Notes: generated by a model not told the origin, from the letters alone. Shown: positions 51,140 to 61,313, counted from the stretch's first letter. The stretch: DNA of 64,000 nt from Faecousia sp. (GCA_045537165.1 JAZSPA010000027.1:67-64066), one strand, 5' to 3'. Numbers and translations are program-made.

Positions 51140-51140
51140 A

Positions 51141-51178
51141 AAAAACCGCTGTCCGGTTGGACAGCGGATTTTATTATT
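51141..51178. terminator. Transketolase terminator, right direct repeat of TIR islet
   Basis: Same palindrome as 45507-45528. Confidence 0.85.
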
Positions 51179-51179
51179 C

Positions 51180-52118
51180 TTACTTGCAGAAGTCCTTGGC
51201 CACTTCCACGATATGCTCGGCGCACAGGCCGAACTGCTTTAAGAGCGCTACTGCAGGGCCGGAGTGGCCGTACTCATCGTTTACACCGATGCGGCGCACG
51301 GGAGTGGGCAGCTTCTCAGCCAGGACACCGCAAACTGCTTCGCCCAGACCGCCGATGACGGAGTGCTCTTCGCAGGTGATGACCTTGCCACACTTCTTAG
51401 CGACCTGGAGCACCAGCTCCTCGTCCAGAGGCTTGATGGTAGCCATATTCACAACGCAAGCGCTGATGCCCTCGGCCTTCAAAGCCTCGGCAGCTTCCAT
51501 AGCCTCGTAAACCATCAGGCCGTTAGCGATGATGGCAACATCGGTGCCGTCAACAACAACTTCACCCTTGCCAATTTCGAACTTGTAATCGTCGCCGTGG
51601 AACACAGGCACAGCCAGACGGCCAAAACGCAGGTACACGGGGCCGTTATGCTCGTAAGCAGCCTTAACAGCGGCTCTTGCCTCCACATCGTCAGCAGGGC
51701 AGATCACAGTCATACCGGGGATGACACGCATCAGAGCAAAGTCCTCGCAGCACTGGTGGCTTGCGCCGTCCTCACCAACGGAGATACCGCCGTGGGTAGC
51801 GCCGATCTTTACGTTCAGGTTGGGGTAGCCGATGGAGTTACGCACCTGCTCAAAGGCGCGGCCGGCAGCAAACATAGCAAAGCTGGATGCGAAAGGCACC
51901 AGACCTGCGGAAGCCATACCGGCGGCAGCGGCCACCATATTGCCTTCGGCAATACCGAAGTTAAAATGACGCTCGGGATAAACCTTCTTAAAAGTACCGG
52001 TCTTGGTAGCGCCTGCCAGGTCAGCGTCCAGCACCACCAGGTCGGGATGCTCAGCGCCCAGCTCTACCAGGGCGTTGCCGTAGCTGTCACGGGTTGCGAT
52101 CTTCTTCATTTCAGCCAT
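51180..52118 (-). CDS. Transketolase C-terminal subunit
   Basis: LDADL, GIAEGNM, GEDGASHQ, IKPLD, EEHSVIGGLG. Confidence 0.93.
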   Translation of the reverse strand: MAEMKKIATRDSYGNALVELGAEHPDLVVLDADLAGATKTGTFKKVYPERHFNFGIAEGNMVAAAAGMASAGLVPFASSFAMFAAGRAFEQVRNSIGYPNLNVKIGATHGGISVGEDGASHQCCEDFALMRVIPGMTVICPADDVEARAAVKAAYEHNGPVYLRFGRLAVPVFHGDDYKFEIGKGEVVVDGTDVAIIANGLMVYEAMEAAEALKAEGISACVVNMATIKPLDEELVLQVAKKCGKVITCEEHSVIGGLGEAVCGVLAEKLPTPVRRIGVNDEYGHSGPAVALLKQFGLCAEHIVEVAKDFCK

Positions 52119-52121
52119 TTC

Positions 52122-52964
52122 TTAACCCTCCAGTTCTGCAAGCTGAGCCTTCAGCTCATTCATAGCCTGCTCGTATTCTGCATCATTGGGAGCCTTGCCG
52201 TGCCAGCCAGCCTGATTTTCCATGTAGGAAACACCCTTGCCCTTAACGGTGGTCATCACGATGGCATAGGGAGCGCCCTTGGTTTCACGGGCATTGGCAA
52301 ACGCCTTCTCCAAAGCGTCAAAGTCGTGGCCGTCAACAGCCTCCACCTTGAAACCGAACGCTTCCAGCTTGCCAACGATGGGGTAAGGACTCATAACATC
52401 CTTAACAGCGCCGTCGATCTGCAGGCCGTTGTTATCCACTACGATGCACAGGTTGTCCAGCTTATAGTGGCTGGCAGCCATGCAGGCTTCCCAAACCTGG
52501 CCTTCCTGAATTTCGCCGTCGCCCAGCAGCGCATAGACCCGGTTGGTCTTATTTTGATACTTAGCAGCGATAGCCATACCCACGGCAGCAGAGATGCCCT
52601 GACCCAGAGAGCCGGTAGACATATCCACACCAGGAACGGTGTTCATATTGGGGTGGCCCTGGAGGTAGCTGTCGATGTGACGCAGGGTCTTCAGATCTTC
52701 CACAGGGAAGAAGCCGCGGTTTGCCAAAGCAGAGTACAGACCGGGAGCGGTATGGCCCTTACTAAGTACAAAACGGTCACGGCCGTCCCACTTAGGATTC
52801 TTAGGATCGATGTTCAGTTCCTTAAAATACAAGTAAGTAAATACGTCTGCAGCAGACAGGCTGCCGCCGGGGTGACCCGCCTTAGCGCTGTGGGTGGACT
52901 CGATAACGCCCATACGCACCTTGCAGGCAGTGATTTGCAGCTGCTTCTTTTCGTTCGGTGTCAT
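52122..52964 (-). CDS. Transketolase N-terminal subunit
   Basis: GHPGGSLS, RDRFVLSKGH, STGSLGQG, GDGEIQEG, WHGKAP. Confidence 0.93.
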   Translation of the reverse strand: MTPNEKKQLQITACKVRMGVIESTHSAKAGHPGGSLSAADVFTYLYFKELNIDPKNPKWDGRDRFVLSKGHTAPGLYSALANRGFFPVEDLKTLRHIDSYLQGHPNMNTVPGVDMSTGSLGQGISAAVGMAIAAKYQNKTNRVYALLGDGEIQEGQVWEACMAASHYKLDNLCIVVDNNGLQIDGAVKDVMSPYPIVGKLEAFGFKVEAVDGHDFDALEKAFANARETKGAPYAIVMTTVKGKGVSYMENQAGWHGKAPNDAEYEQAMNELKAQLAELEG

Positions 52965-53047
52965 GGAATTGCCTCCTAATTTAAAATACTCCTGTGAGCT
53001 TATTTCCTACAATATACTACCATCATTTCCCTTTGCTTGCAAGGGGT

Positions 53048-53538
53048 TTATACGTTTTCCGCCAAAAAACGGTTAAGATAATTGAGCACGCGTTTTTATC
53101 CCCTGACCATAGCGGGGCAACCAGCTCCCGTTTGGCTCCGTCACCGGTAATGCGATGCACCACAACATGCTTCGGCAGGCAATCCGGGCGCGTACCGATA
53201 GAAAGCCCTACGATCTGAGGATCTTCCATGGCGCAGCGGTACAGCTGCTCCAATCGGTCAACCGGTTCGTAAGTATTGGTAAAGGCCTGAAAGTAAGCGA
53301 TAAACTTACCGCTCTTGTTTTTCGCCGCCACCTGCGCCTTTGCCAATGTGATTTGAGTCTTCAAGTCCTGACCCCGGTATGTAAACGCACCGCCGCCGGA
53401 GCCGGAACAAAAAATACAGCCGCCGGTAGCAATCGTGCCATCCCGGTTAGGACAGGTAAATCCTCCATCCAGGCTGATCTTATAGACCTTACAGCCAAAA
53501 AACTCCTGATATAAGCTATTTACATTCCGGTAGCTCAT
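53048..53538 (-). pseudogene. TIGR01212 (YhcC/YtqA) radical SAM pseudogene
   Basis: FTCPNRDG...GGCIFC and GTRPDCLP fused directly to the C-terminal KHVVVHRITGD; also a 1-nt deletion in the A-run at 53094-53098. Confidence 0.75.
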
Positions 53539-54488
53539 CCAATGATGCCACCCAGGATCTTCGTTAAATGCCGGGCTACGATCTTATGACCCTCTCTCAG
53601 TGGGTGAAGCGGCTGGGGTTCGATCCAGCTGCCGCCGTTAATAAAGACCACATCTGTACCCTTTTCACGGTTATAATCTGCAACTAATTCTTCCAACTCT
53701 TCGGCAAACGCACCGCAGAAAGGAGAAAGGCAGATGATTTTAACGGCGGGATGATGCTCCCGGATCACATCCAAAAGGCCCTCGTATTCACTCCGGAACA
53801 TATCCTTATGCCCCCGATCATTGGCGCCGTGATTGATCAGTACATAATCCGGGTGATAATCAATGGGCGCGCCCTCAAAGCAGTAAGGATATGCTTCTGC
53901 CGCCTTAGGCACAGCGCCGCAGCCGGATTTTGTTGTGCCCACAGCGCCATAGCCCGTATGATAATGCCGCAAGCCCAATGCTTCCGCCGTCAGCCAGGCA
54001 TAGGTAGCGGTGGAATCGTCCTGATAAGGTCTGTTCTCCATGGCTGTACCATATTCCACATCAATAAGCACGCCCTCGGTGATACTATCTCCCACCAGTT
54101 CGATGATCTTTCTGTTATCGGCAGGCAAAACGCCGGCGTTCTGCGCATCATAGCCCTTAAAGGAGATCTTACCCACCAAGGGGTGGAAGAACCGTGCTTG
54201 CATCTCCACAGCGCTCTTATAAATAATCTGCAAAATATGTTCACCGGGGCCTGCTTCGATCCGCAGGTATTCATCCACCGCAGTCTCCACCTTGATACCG
54301 CCATCCAGACGCAGCCACAAATGGGGCATATTCCGTTCATTGGTGGCCGTATCAAAATTCAGCAGAATATAATCGCCCTGAAAAGCGATCTCGATCTGGC
54401 TGCCGCAGGCCGTGGTGGTCATCGCGCCATCAAGAAGCGCAAACCGACCGGTGTAACGAATAGAGGGGTCATTATAAGAATAATACAT
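53535..54488 (-). CDS. SGNH/GDSL esterase (CE2-like)
   Basis: YTGRF, IELVGDSITEG, NHGAND, LHPLREGH. Confidence 0.8.
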   Translation of the reverse strand: MYYSYNDPSIRYTGRFALLDGAMTTTACGSQIEIAFQGDYILLNFDTATNERNMPHLWLRLDGGIKVETAVDEYLRIEAGPGEHILQIIYKSAVEMQARFFHPLVGKISFKGYDAQNAGVLPADNRKIIELVGDSITEGVLIDVEYGTAMENRPYQDDSTATYAWLTAEALGLRHYHTGYGAVGTTKSGCGAVPKAAEAYPYCFEGAPIDYHPDYVLINHGANDRGHKDMFRSEYEGLLDVIREHHPAVKIICLSPFCGAFAEELEELVADYNREKGTDVVFINGGSWIEPQPLHPLREGHKIVARHLTKILGGIIG

Positions 54489-54905
54489 TTATTTTGCCTC
54501 CTGTTTTTTATTAGTATCCAGGCTCTTGCCAAACACAAAAAAGCGCTGGAAAAGAAACTCAGTCACAAAGTTTAAGAGCATAACCAAAACTTCCACGACA
54601 TAATTGTTCCACAGTAAAGTTCCGGTCAGATAGTTACCCAGCCACAAAGAGGTAGGCGTGTATACCACATAATACCCCAAGGTTTTCAGCATGGCTACCG
54701 GTACATTGGCTGCAGACTGGAAGGTAAACTTCCGGTTCAGGGTAAAGTTCCACAGCACCGACAGGGTCAAGCTGATCAGGTGACTGGGCCACCAAGGCCA
54801 TTTCACAAGTTCATTGAGCAGCGTGAAGCTGCCAATCTGAATAATGCCGGCACTCAAAGAAAACAGGGTAAACTTAACTGCTCTTAAAACCTCTTTTTTA
54901 TTCAT
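54489..54905 (-). CDS. GtrA family protein
   Basis: KFTLFS, LWNFTLNRKFTF, FLFQRFFVF. Confidence 0.85.
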   Translation of the reverse strand: MNKKEVLRAVKFTLFSLSAGIIQIGSFTLLNELVKWPWWPSHLISLTLSVLWNFTLNRKFTFQSAANVPVAMLKTLGYYVVYTPTSLWLGNYLTGTLLWNNYVVEVLVMLLNFVTEFLFQRFFVFGKSLDTNKKQEAK

Positions 54906-54919
54906 AGTAAGTCCTCTTT

Positions 54920-55687
54920 CTATATCTTTTTTAGTATGGGATTTTCTTCCAGAGCAATTCCCAGTGTCTTCAGAAATTCCCTCGCTTGCTGTTCTGTTTG
55001 CGGGTCGTTCAGGCTTTGGGGATCGTGGGCATCCACGCCCAATACCGCAGTACAGCCTTCTTCCGCAGCCATTTCCCAAAATACAGGTACCGGGTATTCT
55101 CGTCCAGCCCGCAGACCCAGCAGATTATATTCCAGCAGCATACCGCAGCTTTTCGCTTCCTGACAAATGCCCCGCATTTCGGTTTTATACAGCGCCGGAT
55201 CGCCGGTAAAATTAATCAGATCCGGATGGGCAAGATAAGTAAATATGCCCAGCTGCATTCCGTCCCGTACCTGCCGGCAATAATTCTTCAAAACCTGAGG
55301 ATCATCGGTAGGCAGCCCGGAGTACTGAGTACCGATCTCGTTTTTCTGATAGTGCTGTCCCAGCAGCAGATATTCCACGCCGTGGTCCTTCAAAAAAGGC
55401 AGCAGCCGGGAAAACAAAGCAGGATAATATTCTACCTCCACGCCGATAGGCAGCTCGATTTTTCCCTTATATACTTCCTGTAATTTTTTGATCGTCGCTA
55501 CATACTCAGGAAGCTCCTCAGGCCGCATACGGAACCAGGAATAATAATCGCCATCAAACAAATAGGGAGAATGATCGGAAAAGCCCAGCACCCGGATCCC
55601 AGCAGCCAAAGCATTTTCCACATACTCTGCCTCTGTGCCTTTGGCGTGATTGCAACGGGTAGTATGGGTATGATAATTGACGCGCAT
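54920..55687 (-). CDS. PHP-family (HisJ-like) histidinol phosphatase
   Basis: NYHTHT..CNHA, GFSDH, LGQH, AHPD, GVDAH. Confidence 0.85.
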   Translation of the reverse strand: MRVNYHTHTTRCNHAKGTEAEYVENALAAGIRVLGFSDHSPYLFDGDYYSWFRMRPEELPEYVATIKKLQEVYKGKIELPIGVEVEYYPALFSRLLPFLKDHGVEYLLLGQHYQKNEIGTQYSGLPTDDPQVLKNYCRQVRDGMQLGIFTYLAHPDLINFTGDPALYKTEMRGICQEAKSCGMLLEYNLLGLRAGREYPVPVFWEMAAEEGCTAVLGVDAHDPQSLNDPQTEQQAREFLKTLGIALEENPILKKI

Positions 55688-56550
55688 CAGGCTTCCTCCA
55701 CCATCCGGGCAAACCGACGGGCAGAAAAAGCCAAATCTTCCATGCCCTTAAGCACCTGCTCCGGCGCAAAATTTTTCAAATAACGGTCAGCTTCCAATGT
55801 GGCATAGCCCTGATAGCCGATCTCCTTCAATGCCTTTGTAATAGCAACAAAATCCATCTTCATAGAAAAGGGGATCTGATGACTGTCATGCACCCGATCA
55901 TTATCGTGAATATGCAGCGCCTGCAGCCGGTCACCCAGCGCCAAAATCATATTTACCGCGCCGTCACCGGAGCCCTGCATTTCTGCGTGACCCAAATCCA
56001 GACAAGCCACAAAATAAGGATCGTTCACTGCATCCAGGTGGGCATTAAAATCCCGGGAAGTAGCGCAGGCAGAAAAGGTGGAGTGATCCCACGTTTTGTT
56101 CCAATCCCACATATTTTCCGTGGCGATCTTAACGCCCATATCCTTGGCAAAAGGCAGCAGCTCTAAATACATTTCGGCATTTTCCTCTGCGCTTTTGTAG
56201 TTATCCGGGTGAATCACACAGATCTCAGCCCCGGCTTCTGCCGCGCATTCAAGCGCCCGTTTCATCATATCCCGAATGGCATCGCAATACAGCGGGAACG
56301 GTGCGTGGGACTGGTTGCAATGAATGCCGTTATCCAAGCCGATTTTCTTAAGCTCCCGGGCAAAGGCCAAATAGTCAGAACCTGCCAAAGGATGATCCGT
56401 AGGGTTCAGGCACTTAGCGCTCCAGTTATAATCGCACATAGCAAACATACTGAAATCCCAGGCATCAAAGCCCGCCTTTGCGCAATATTCCACTGCTTTT
56501 CGCTCGCCTACAATTTTGGCCGCAGACCCGATCTCCGTTGAAATCTTCAT
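55687..56550 (-). CDS. Sugar phosphate isomerase/epimerase family protein
   Basis: QSHAPF, ATENM, CLDLGH, LHIHDND..HDSH.IP, TLE. Confidence 0.85.
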   Translation of the reverse strand: MKISTEIGSAAKIVGERKAVEYCAKAGFDAWDFSMFAMCDYNWSAKCLNPTDHPLAGSDYLAFARELKKIGLDNGIHCNQSHAPFPLYCDAIRDMMKRALECAAEAGAEICVIHPDNYKSAEENAEMYLELLPFAKDMGVKIATENMWDWNKTWDHSTFSACATSRDFNAHLDAVNDPYFVACLDLGHAEMQGSGDGAVNMILALGDRLQALHIHDNDRVHDSHQIPFSMKMDFVAITKALKEIGYQGYATLEADRYLKNFAPEQVLKGMEDLAFSARRFARMVEEA

Positions 56551-57971
56551 TATGCCAACCTCTTTTCATCTGTTTTTTCTATTAACGCCAGAAACAAGCA
56601 ATATACAAACTGATAATTGGCATAGAAAAAGAAATTATCTACCATGGACATGGCCAGGATCATTCCCGGCACCGCTGCCAAAAGCAGCTTTTCTGCCGAG
56701 AATCGGCGAAATGTAGCCTTCCCCAAATCGAATAAATGCTTTGCAAAGGCGCAAATTCCCAAAATACCCATTGCCCCGTAAAACTGAGGAATGATACCGT
56801 GATACATATTGCTAAAAACATTGCCCAGTCGGTTCTCCGGTAGGCGAGCGCCTTCTTCAAAGCCTATGCCGAACAAAGGATTTTGGAGAAAATCTTCCCC
56901 AGCGGCACGCCACAGCACCCACCGCCCATCCTTTCCAATCTGATTCAATCTGGAAAAATCCACGATCCGGGAAATATCCAGCCGTTTCAACACCACCAAT
57001 AACGCCGCCACACATATTCCCAGAATGACCAAGGCAGCCGTCATTCTGCGCATCAATTTTCTGTTCTCGCCCCACACACAACCCAGGATCGCACCAGCAG
57101 CCAAGAACAACACAGCAGCCACCATGGAAGATCGGCTTTGAGGAATCAAAGATGCTGCCGTAATCAGCAGGGCTATCCCATACCATATCCAACCCTTGCG
57201 CGCTGTAGCCGCCAGATACATGGCTGCAGGTACCCCCAGAACTAACACGCCACCCACAGAAGTCGCAATACCCCAGCCAAGGCTGGCAACACCTCTATCC
57301 GGATACCACGGTCCCTGCCAGCCATTCAGCAAATCTTCCTGCCAATGGATCTGACACATAATCAGAAGCTGCATCATCGCCGCAAAAGACATAAATACGA
57401 TGATTTTGCAAACATAACGCCGATCCTCCGGATCTGTGCTTAAGCAGCCTTTAAATAAAGAATAGAAAAATGTCAGTACTGCACCGAAGATCAACCCATA
57501 CAAAAGATTAACCGGCTGATACCGGGCGCTAAACATGCCGTTGAGCAGAAATGCCCCATCTATGGCCAATATCCCCGGCAGAAAGGCTCCCCAGCTGCCG
57601 CCTTGCCGGCTGAATACGCCCATACGAAACAATCGCACAAACAGAAACGCTGCCGCGATCACACCAACCGCACAAATCGCCAAAAAGCCATCCATATCAT
57701 AGTAGCCCAAAAGCTGCTCATAGGAAAGATTAAAACCGTCCCGCTTGTCCACGCCGATACAGTAAAAGCTCATCAGCACCGGAGCAATAAACGACCTTTT
57801 GTTTTTCGCAAGAAAGCAGGAAAGGATGATCATCGTCGCCAGCACGCAGGCCATCGGCACATAAACCGCCTTGCCGTTGACGCCGGAAATCACGCACACG
57901 CCGGCATACAACGCCGGATACCAAGCAGAATCAAAAAATCGGCTCATAGAATCATAAATGCGGCTTTTCAT
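56550..57971 (-). CDS. O-antigen ligase family membrane protein
   Basis: Multi-TM, QSRSS, GRWVLW...NPLFGIG...MYH. Confidence 0.75.
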   Translation of the reverse strand: MKSRIYDSMSRFFDSAWYPALYAGVCVISGVNGKAVYVPMACVLATMIILSCFLAKNKRSFIAPVLMSFYCIGVDKRDGFNLSYEQLLGYYDMDGFLAICAVGVIAAAFLFVRLFRMGVFSRQGGSWGAFLPGILAIDGAFLLNGMFSARYQPVNLLYGLIFGAVLTFFYSLFKGCLSTDPEDRRYVCKIIVFMSFAAMMQLLIMCQIHWQEDLLNGWQGPWYPDRGVASLGWGIATSVGGVLVLGVPAAMYLAATARKGWIWYGIALLITAASLIPQSRSSMVAAVLFLAAGAILGCVWGENRKLMRRMTAALVILGICVAALLVVLKRLDISRIVDFSRLNQIGKDGRWVLWRAAGEDFLQNPLFGIGFEEGARLPENRLGNVFSNMYHGIIPQFYGAMGILGICAFAKHLFDLGKATFRRFSAEKLLLAAVPGMILAMSMVDNFFFYANYQFVYCLFLALIEKTDEKRLA

Positions 57972-57989
57972 ATCATCCCTCCTTCTTGT

Positions 57990-59150
57990 TTACTTCCGGT
58001 CAAACCGGATTACGGTAGTATAGTGAAGATCCTGCTTGGCAAGTTCTTCTTCCAAACGCTTCTTATATTCCTGTCTGCGATTACTTAAATCATAAGGCAC
58101 AGCCAGATCAAATACCAGCTTTCGCTCTTTTGCGCCTCTGGCAATACGGAAATCGTGAACAGACAATTCCGGCTCAATCCCAGTAAGGATCGCCTCCACC
58201 GTTCTTTGCATCTGCAGCCACTCTCCGTCATTTTGCAGCACCGGGTCGTAATGGATCACCAGATGCACATTCAGCTGCTGCAGCACCTGCCACTCGATCT
58301 CGTCGATCATGTCGTGACATTCCAGCAGGTCTTGCTCAGCGCTCAGCTCCACGTGAACGGTGGCGTGGCACTTGCCGGGGCCATAATCGTGGATCAGCAG
58401 ATCGTGAAGGCCCAGCACCCTTTCGTTTTCCAGCACCAGCGCCCGGATTTTCTCTTCCAGCGCCTTATCCGCCCGCTGCCCCAGCAAAGGAGACATCGTC
58501 TCTTTAGCAAGATGAATGCCGGAATAAAGAATAAATGCTGCTACACCCAAACCCATATAGCCATCCAGCTCAAAGCCGGAAAAATGACTGATGAGGCAAC
58601 CGGTAAGCACCGCCGCAGATGTGATCACATCATTGCGACTGTCTACCCCAGAAGCCTTTAAGGATTCTGCGTCGATTTTCTTTCCCAATTTACTGTAAAA
58701 ATACCACAGCCAGCCTTTTACTATCAAAGAAAACACCAATACGCCCACAGTCACAGAGCTAAACAGCACTGGCTGAGGGGCAAATATCCGCTGGGCAGAG
58801 GTCTTTGCCAGCTCGAAGCCAATAAACAAAATGGACGCGGCCACCACCAAAGCGGAAATATACTCATACCGTGCGTGGCCGTAAGGATGCTCCTTATCCG
58901 CTGGTCTTTGGGCAAGGCGGAAGCCAAGCAAAGTCACAATGGAAGAAAAGAAATCGGAAAGGTTATTGAGGCCGTCAGCGATCACGGATACCGCTCCGGA
59001 GAAAACACCCACCGCCAGTTTTCCCAAGAACAAAAGGCAGTTAAATACGATGCCGGTTGTACCGGCCAGCTTGCCGATCGCAGAACGGGTCTGCCGATTT
59101 TCGGTATTCTCATGATCCTTGACAAACAGCTTCAACAAAAAATCCGTCAC
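57990..59150 (-). CDS. Cation diffusion facilitator transporter
   Basis: ADGLNNLSD, PADKEHPYGHARYEY, DSRND, HDYGPG. Confidence 0.9.
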   Translation of the reverse strand: MTDFLLKLFVKDHENTENRQTRSAIGKLAGTTGIVFNCLLFLGKLAVGVFSGAVSVIADGLNNLSDFFSSIVTLLGFRLAQRPADKEHPYGHARYEYISALVVAASILFIGFELAKTSAQRIFAPQPVLFSSVTVGVLVFSLIVKGWLWYFYSKLGKKIDAESLKASGVDSRNDVITSAAVLTGCLISHFSGFELDGYMGLGVAAFILYSGIHLAKETMSPLLGQRADKALEEKIRALVLENERVLGLHDLLIHDYGPGKCHATVHVELSAEQDLLECHDMIDEIEWQVLQQLNVHLVIHYDPVLQNDGEWLQMQRTVEAILTGIEPELSVHDFRIARGAKERKLVFDLAVPYDLSNRRQEYKKRLEEELAKQDLHYTTVIRFDRK

Positions 59151-59310
59151 GGCATTCCCTCCCATTTTACTATTGCTTTTTATTATATCGCAAAATGCTT
59201 CCGGTAGCAAGTCTTTTGTAATCGCACCGCCCCTGCATGTGTCCTTGACATTTCCCTTTCTTATCATATAATAAAAACGTTGTACACCCATTTCCCAAGG
59301 AGACGCTTCT

Positions 59311-60300
59311 ATGCTAGAAACATTTTATGCTGCGCTTACGCCTATCCTAACTCTTTTTATTTGCATCGCCGCCGGCTTTGCTGTGCGGAAAGCAAATATT
59401 GTAGACCGTTCCGCCGGAAAAACCCTGTCCAAGCTGGTACTCTGGATCTTCTGTCCGGCGCTGAACTTTTCAGTGATGGCAAAAAACTGCACCACCGAAA
59501 CATTAAGCACCCACGCTATCAATATCATTCTTGGCTGCTGTGCCGTTGTGATTTCTATATTGATCGCCATTGTCCTTTCCCGCCTTTTTGTCCGCAAGAA
59601 ATCACCTGAGCGGGGCATTTACGCCTACGCGTTGGCCTTTGCCAACAGCGGCTATATGGGCGATCCGCTGATCTTGATGCTTCTGGGGGAGCAGGCCTTT
59701 GCTTTCTATAAGCTTTTCACATTACCCATCACCTTTGCCATCTATTCCTGGGGATTTATCCAATTAGCACCCCAGGGAGCAGAAAAAGGCCGCCTCCTGA
59801 AAAATCTGTTGAATTTCCCTATAATCGCAACCCTTCTCGGCGCTATCTTAGGCATGAGCGGGCTGGGCGCGCACCTGCCCACCTTCGTGGGACAGGCTTT
59901 GGATACTCTAAAGGTCTGCATGGGTCCCGGTGCTATGCTGGTAGCCGGATTTACCATTGCCAATTACCCCTTTATGGAAATGCTCGCAAAGCCCAAAGTA
60001 TATGCGGTATCCCTTTTGCGCCTGACCCTGATTCCGGCAGCGGTGATCTGCGCAGTATTTATCATTAAGGAGCTGGCAAATTCCACTTTTGGATTAAATA
60101 TCGATAACAATGTTTTATATCTGGCTTTCTTTTCCACTGCCTCAGCGATCGGTTTAAACACAGTAGTGTTTCCGGAAGCCTATGGCGGTGACGCAGAAAC
60201 CGGCGCAAGTATGACTATGATCTCCCATATTATGTGCGTTCCTCTTATGCCCTTGATGTATGCCCTCATGACCCTGATCTTCGGCCCGGCGATGTTCTGA
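59311..60300 (+). CDS. AEC family transporter
   Basis: FANSGYMGDPL, about 10 TM, FPEAYGGD. Confidence 0.85.
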   Translation: MLETFYAALTPILTLFICIAAGFAVRKANIVDRSAGKTLSKLVLWIFCPALNFSVMAKNCTTETLSTHAINIILGCCAVVISILIAIVLSRLFVRKKSPERGIYAYALAFANSGYMGDPLILMLLGEQAFAFYKLFTLPITFAIYSWGFIQLAPQGAEKGRLLKNLLNFPIIATLLGAILGMSGLGAHLPTFVGQALDTLKVCMGPGAMLVAGFTIANYPFMEMLAKPKVYAVSLLRLTLIPAAVICAVFIIKELANSTFGLNIDNNVLYLAFFSTASAIGLNTVVFPEAYGGDAETGASMTMISHIMCVPLMPLMYALMTLIFGPAMF

Positions 60301-60305
60301 AAAGC

Positions 60306-60337
60306 AAAATCCCACACCGCTTTGGTGTGGGATTTTT
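60306..60337. terminator. Terminator after AEC gene
   Basis: AAAATCCCACACC-5 nt-GGTGTGGGATTTT; shares the CCACACC/GGTGTGG core with the tRNA-Asn terminator. Confidence 0.75.
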
Positions 60338-60419
60338 ATGCGAAATAGTAACTAAGATCACAAAATCGAGGTAAAAGTAAGCAAAAATAGTGGAACTGCT
60401 CTGTTCGATAAATCGGGAT

Positions 60420-60947
60420 TTATAGACACACTTGTTTAATTTCCAATTCTGTTGCCTCAGTAATCCATTTCCCAAAAGCTTGTGATTCTTTTGATGGAAT
60501 ATAACCTAAATCTTTATATCCTAGTTTTATTAACAACCCCATACTTGCTTCGTTTTTAGGGTCAGTAAAACTAATAAATTCCCAATCCTTAAATTTCTCG
60601 TGAAGAAAATCTATCAAAACAGCAAGCGACTCAAACGCATAGCCTTGTCTATGATGTTTGTATGAAAATGTATATCCCAAAGAAAACGTATTTTCATTTG
60701 GCATTACAACAATCTCACCAATCATTTCGTTTGTATCTTTTAATGCAACTGCCAGCATAAAAGGACTTTCTGTAGAGATTTTATCTTCTTTTCTTCGTTG
60801 AACCAAATCTTCAATCCCTTTATATGTTCTTGTTTGCCCTCTTTGATAGCGAGAACATATCTCATTATTTCTATAGTCAAACATTATATCCACATCATCT
60901 ATTATTACATTTCGGAGTAACAATCGGTCTGTTTTTAAAAAAACCAT
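60420..60947 (-). CDS. GNAT (RimJ/RimL-like) acetyltransferase
   Basis: LKTDRLLLR, LGYTF..HRQGYAFE, NEAS..LL.KLGY; AT-rich; RBS GGAGG. Confidence 0.85.
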   Translation of the reverse strand: MVFLKTDRLLLRNVIIDDVDIMFDYRNNEICSRYQRGQTRTYKGIEDLVQRRKEDKISTESPFMLAVALKDTNEMIGEIVVMPNENTFSLGYTFSYKHHRQGYAFESLAVLIDFLHEKFKDWEFISFTDPKNEASMGLLIKLGYKDLGYIPSKESQAFGKWITEATELEIKQVCL

Positions 60948-61052
60948 ATTTATATCCTCCATCATCGCTATTCAAAAAATCTTATTTATCATACTGATTA
61001 TATCACAGAATAAGATGTTTTTCAATGATATAACACCCGTGCCGGCAGGAAA

Positions 61053-61313
61053 GGATTAACAGTCCGTCTTACTGTTGCGGTATGAAATTAATGCAAAGCA
61101 TTGTATATCGTCAATTCCGCAAGGAATTGCATATCATCAAAGCGAAGTTTTGCATATCATCAAGCCGACAGTTTTTATACACACCTTGCGGTGTGATGAG
61201 ATACAACGGCGGCTTGCCGCCGTTGATAATATACACGCTAACGCGTGATGATATGCCAAGCTTTGCGGCTTGGATAAAAAAAGAACGAAGCAAATGCTTC
61301 GTTCTTTTTTTGG
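61053..61313. repeat. Hairpin-array repeat with tRNA-Asn anticodon-arm fragment, copy 1
   Basis: Starts with GGATTAACAGTCCGTC (identical to 63343-63358); homologous to 62919-63159. Confidence 0.85.

Noticed and set aside
51264-52979. 571-aa plus-strand ORF
   Set aside because: Antisense to the two transketolase genes; explained by their codon bias
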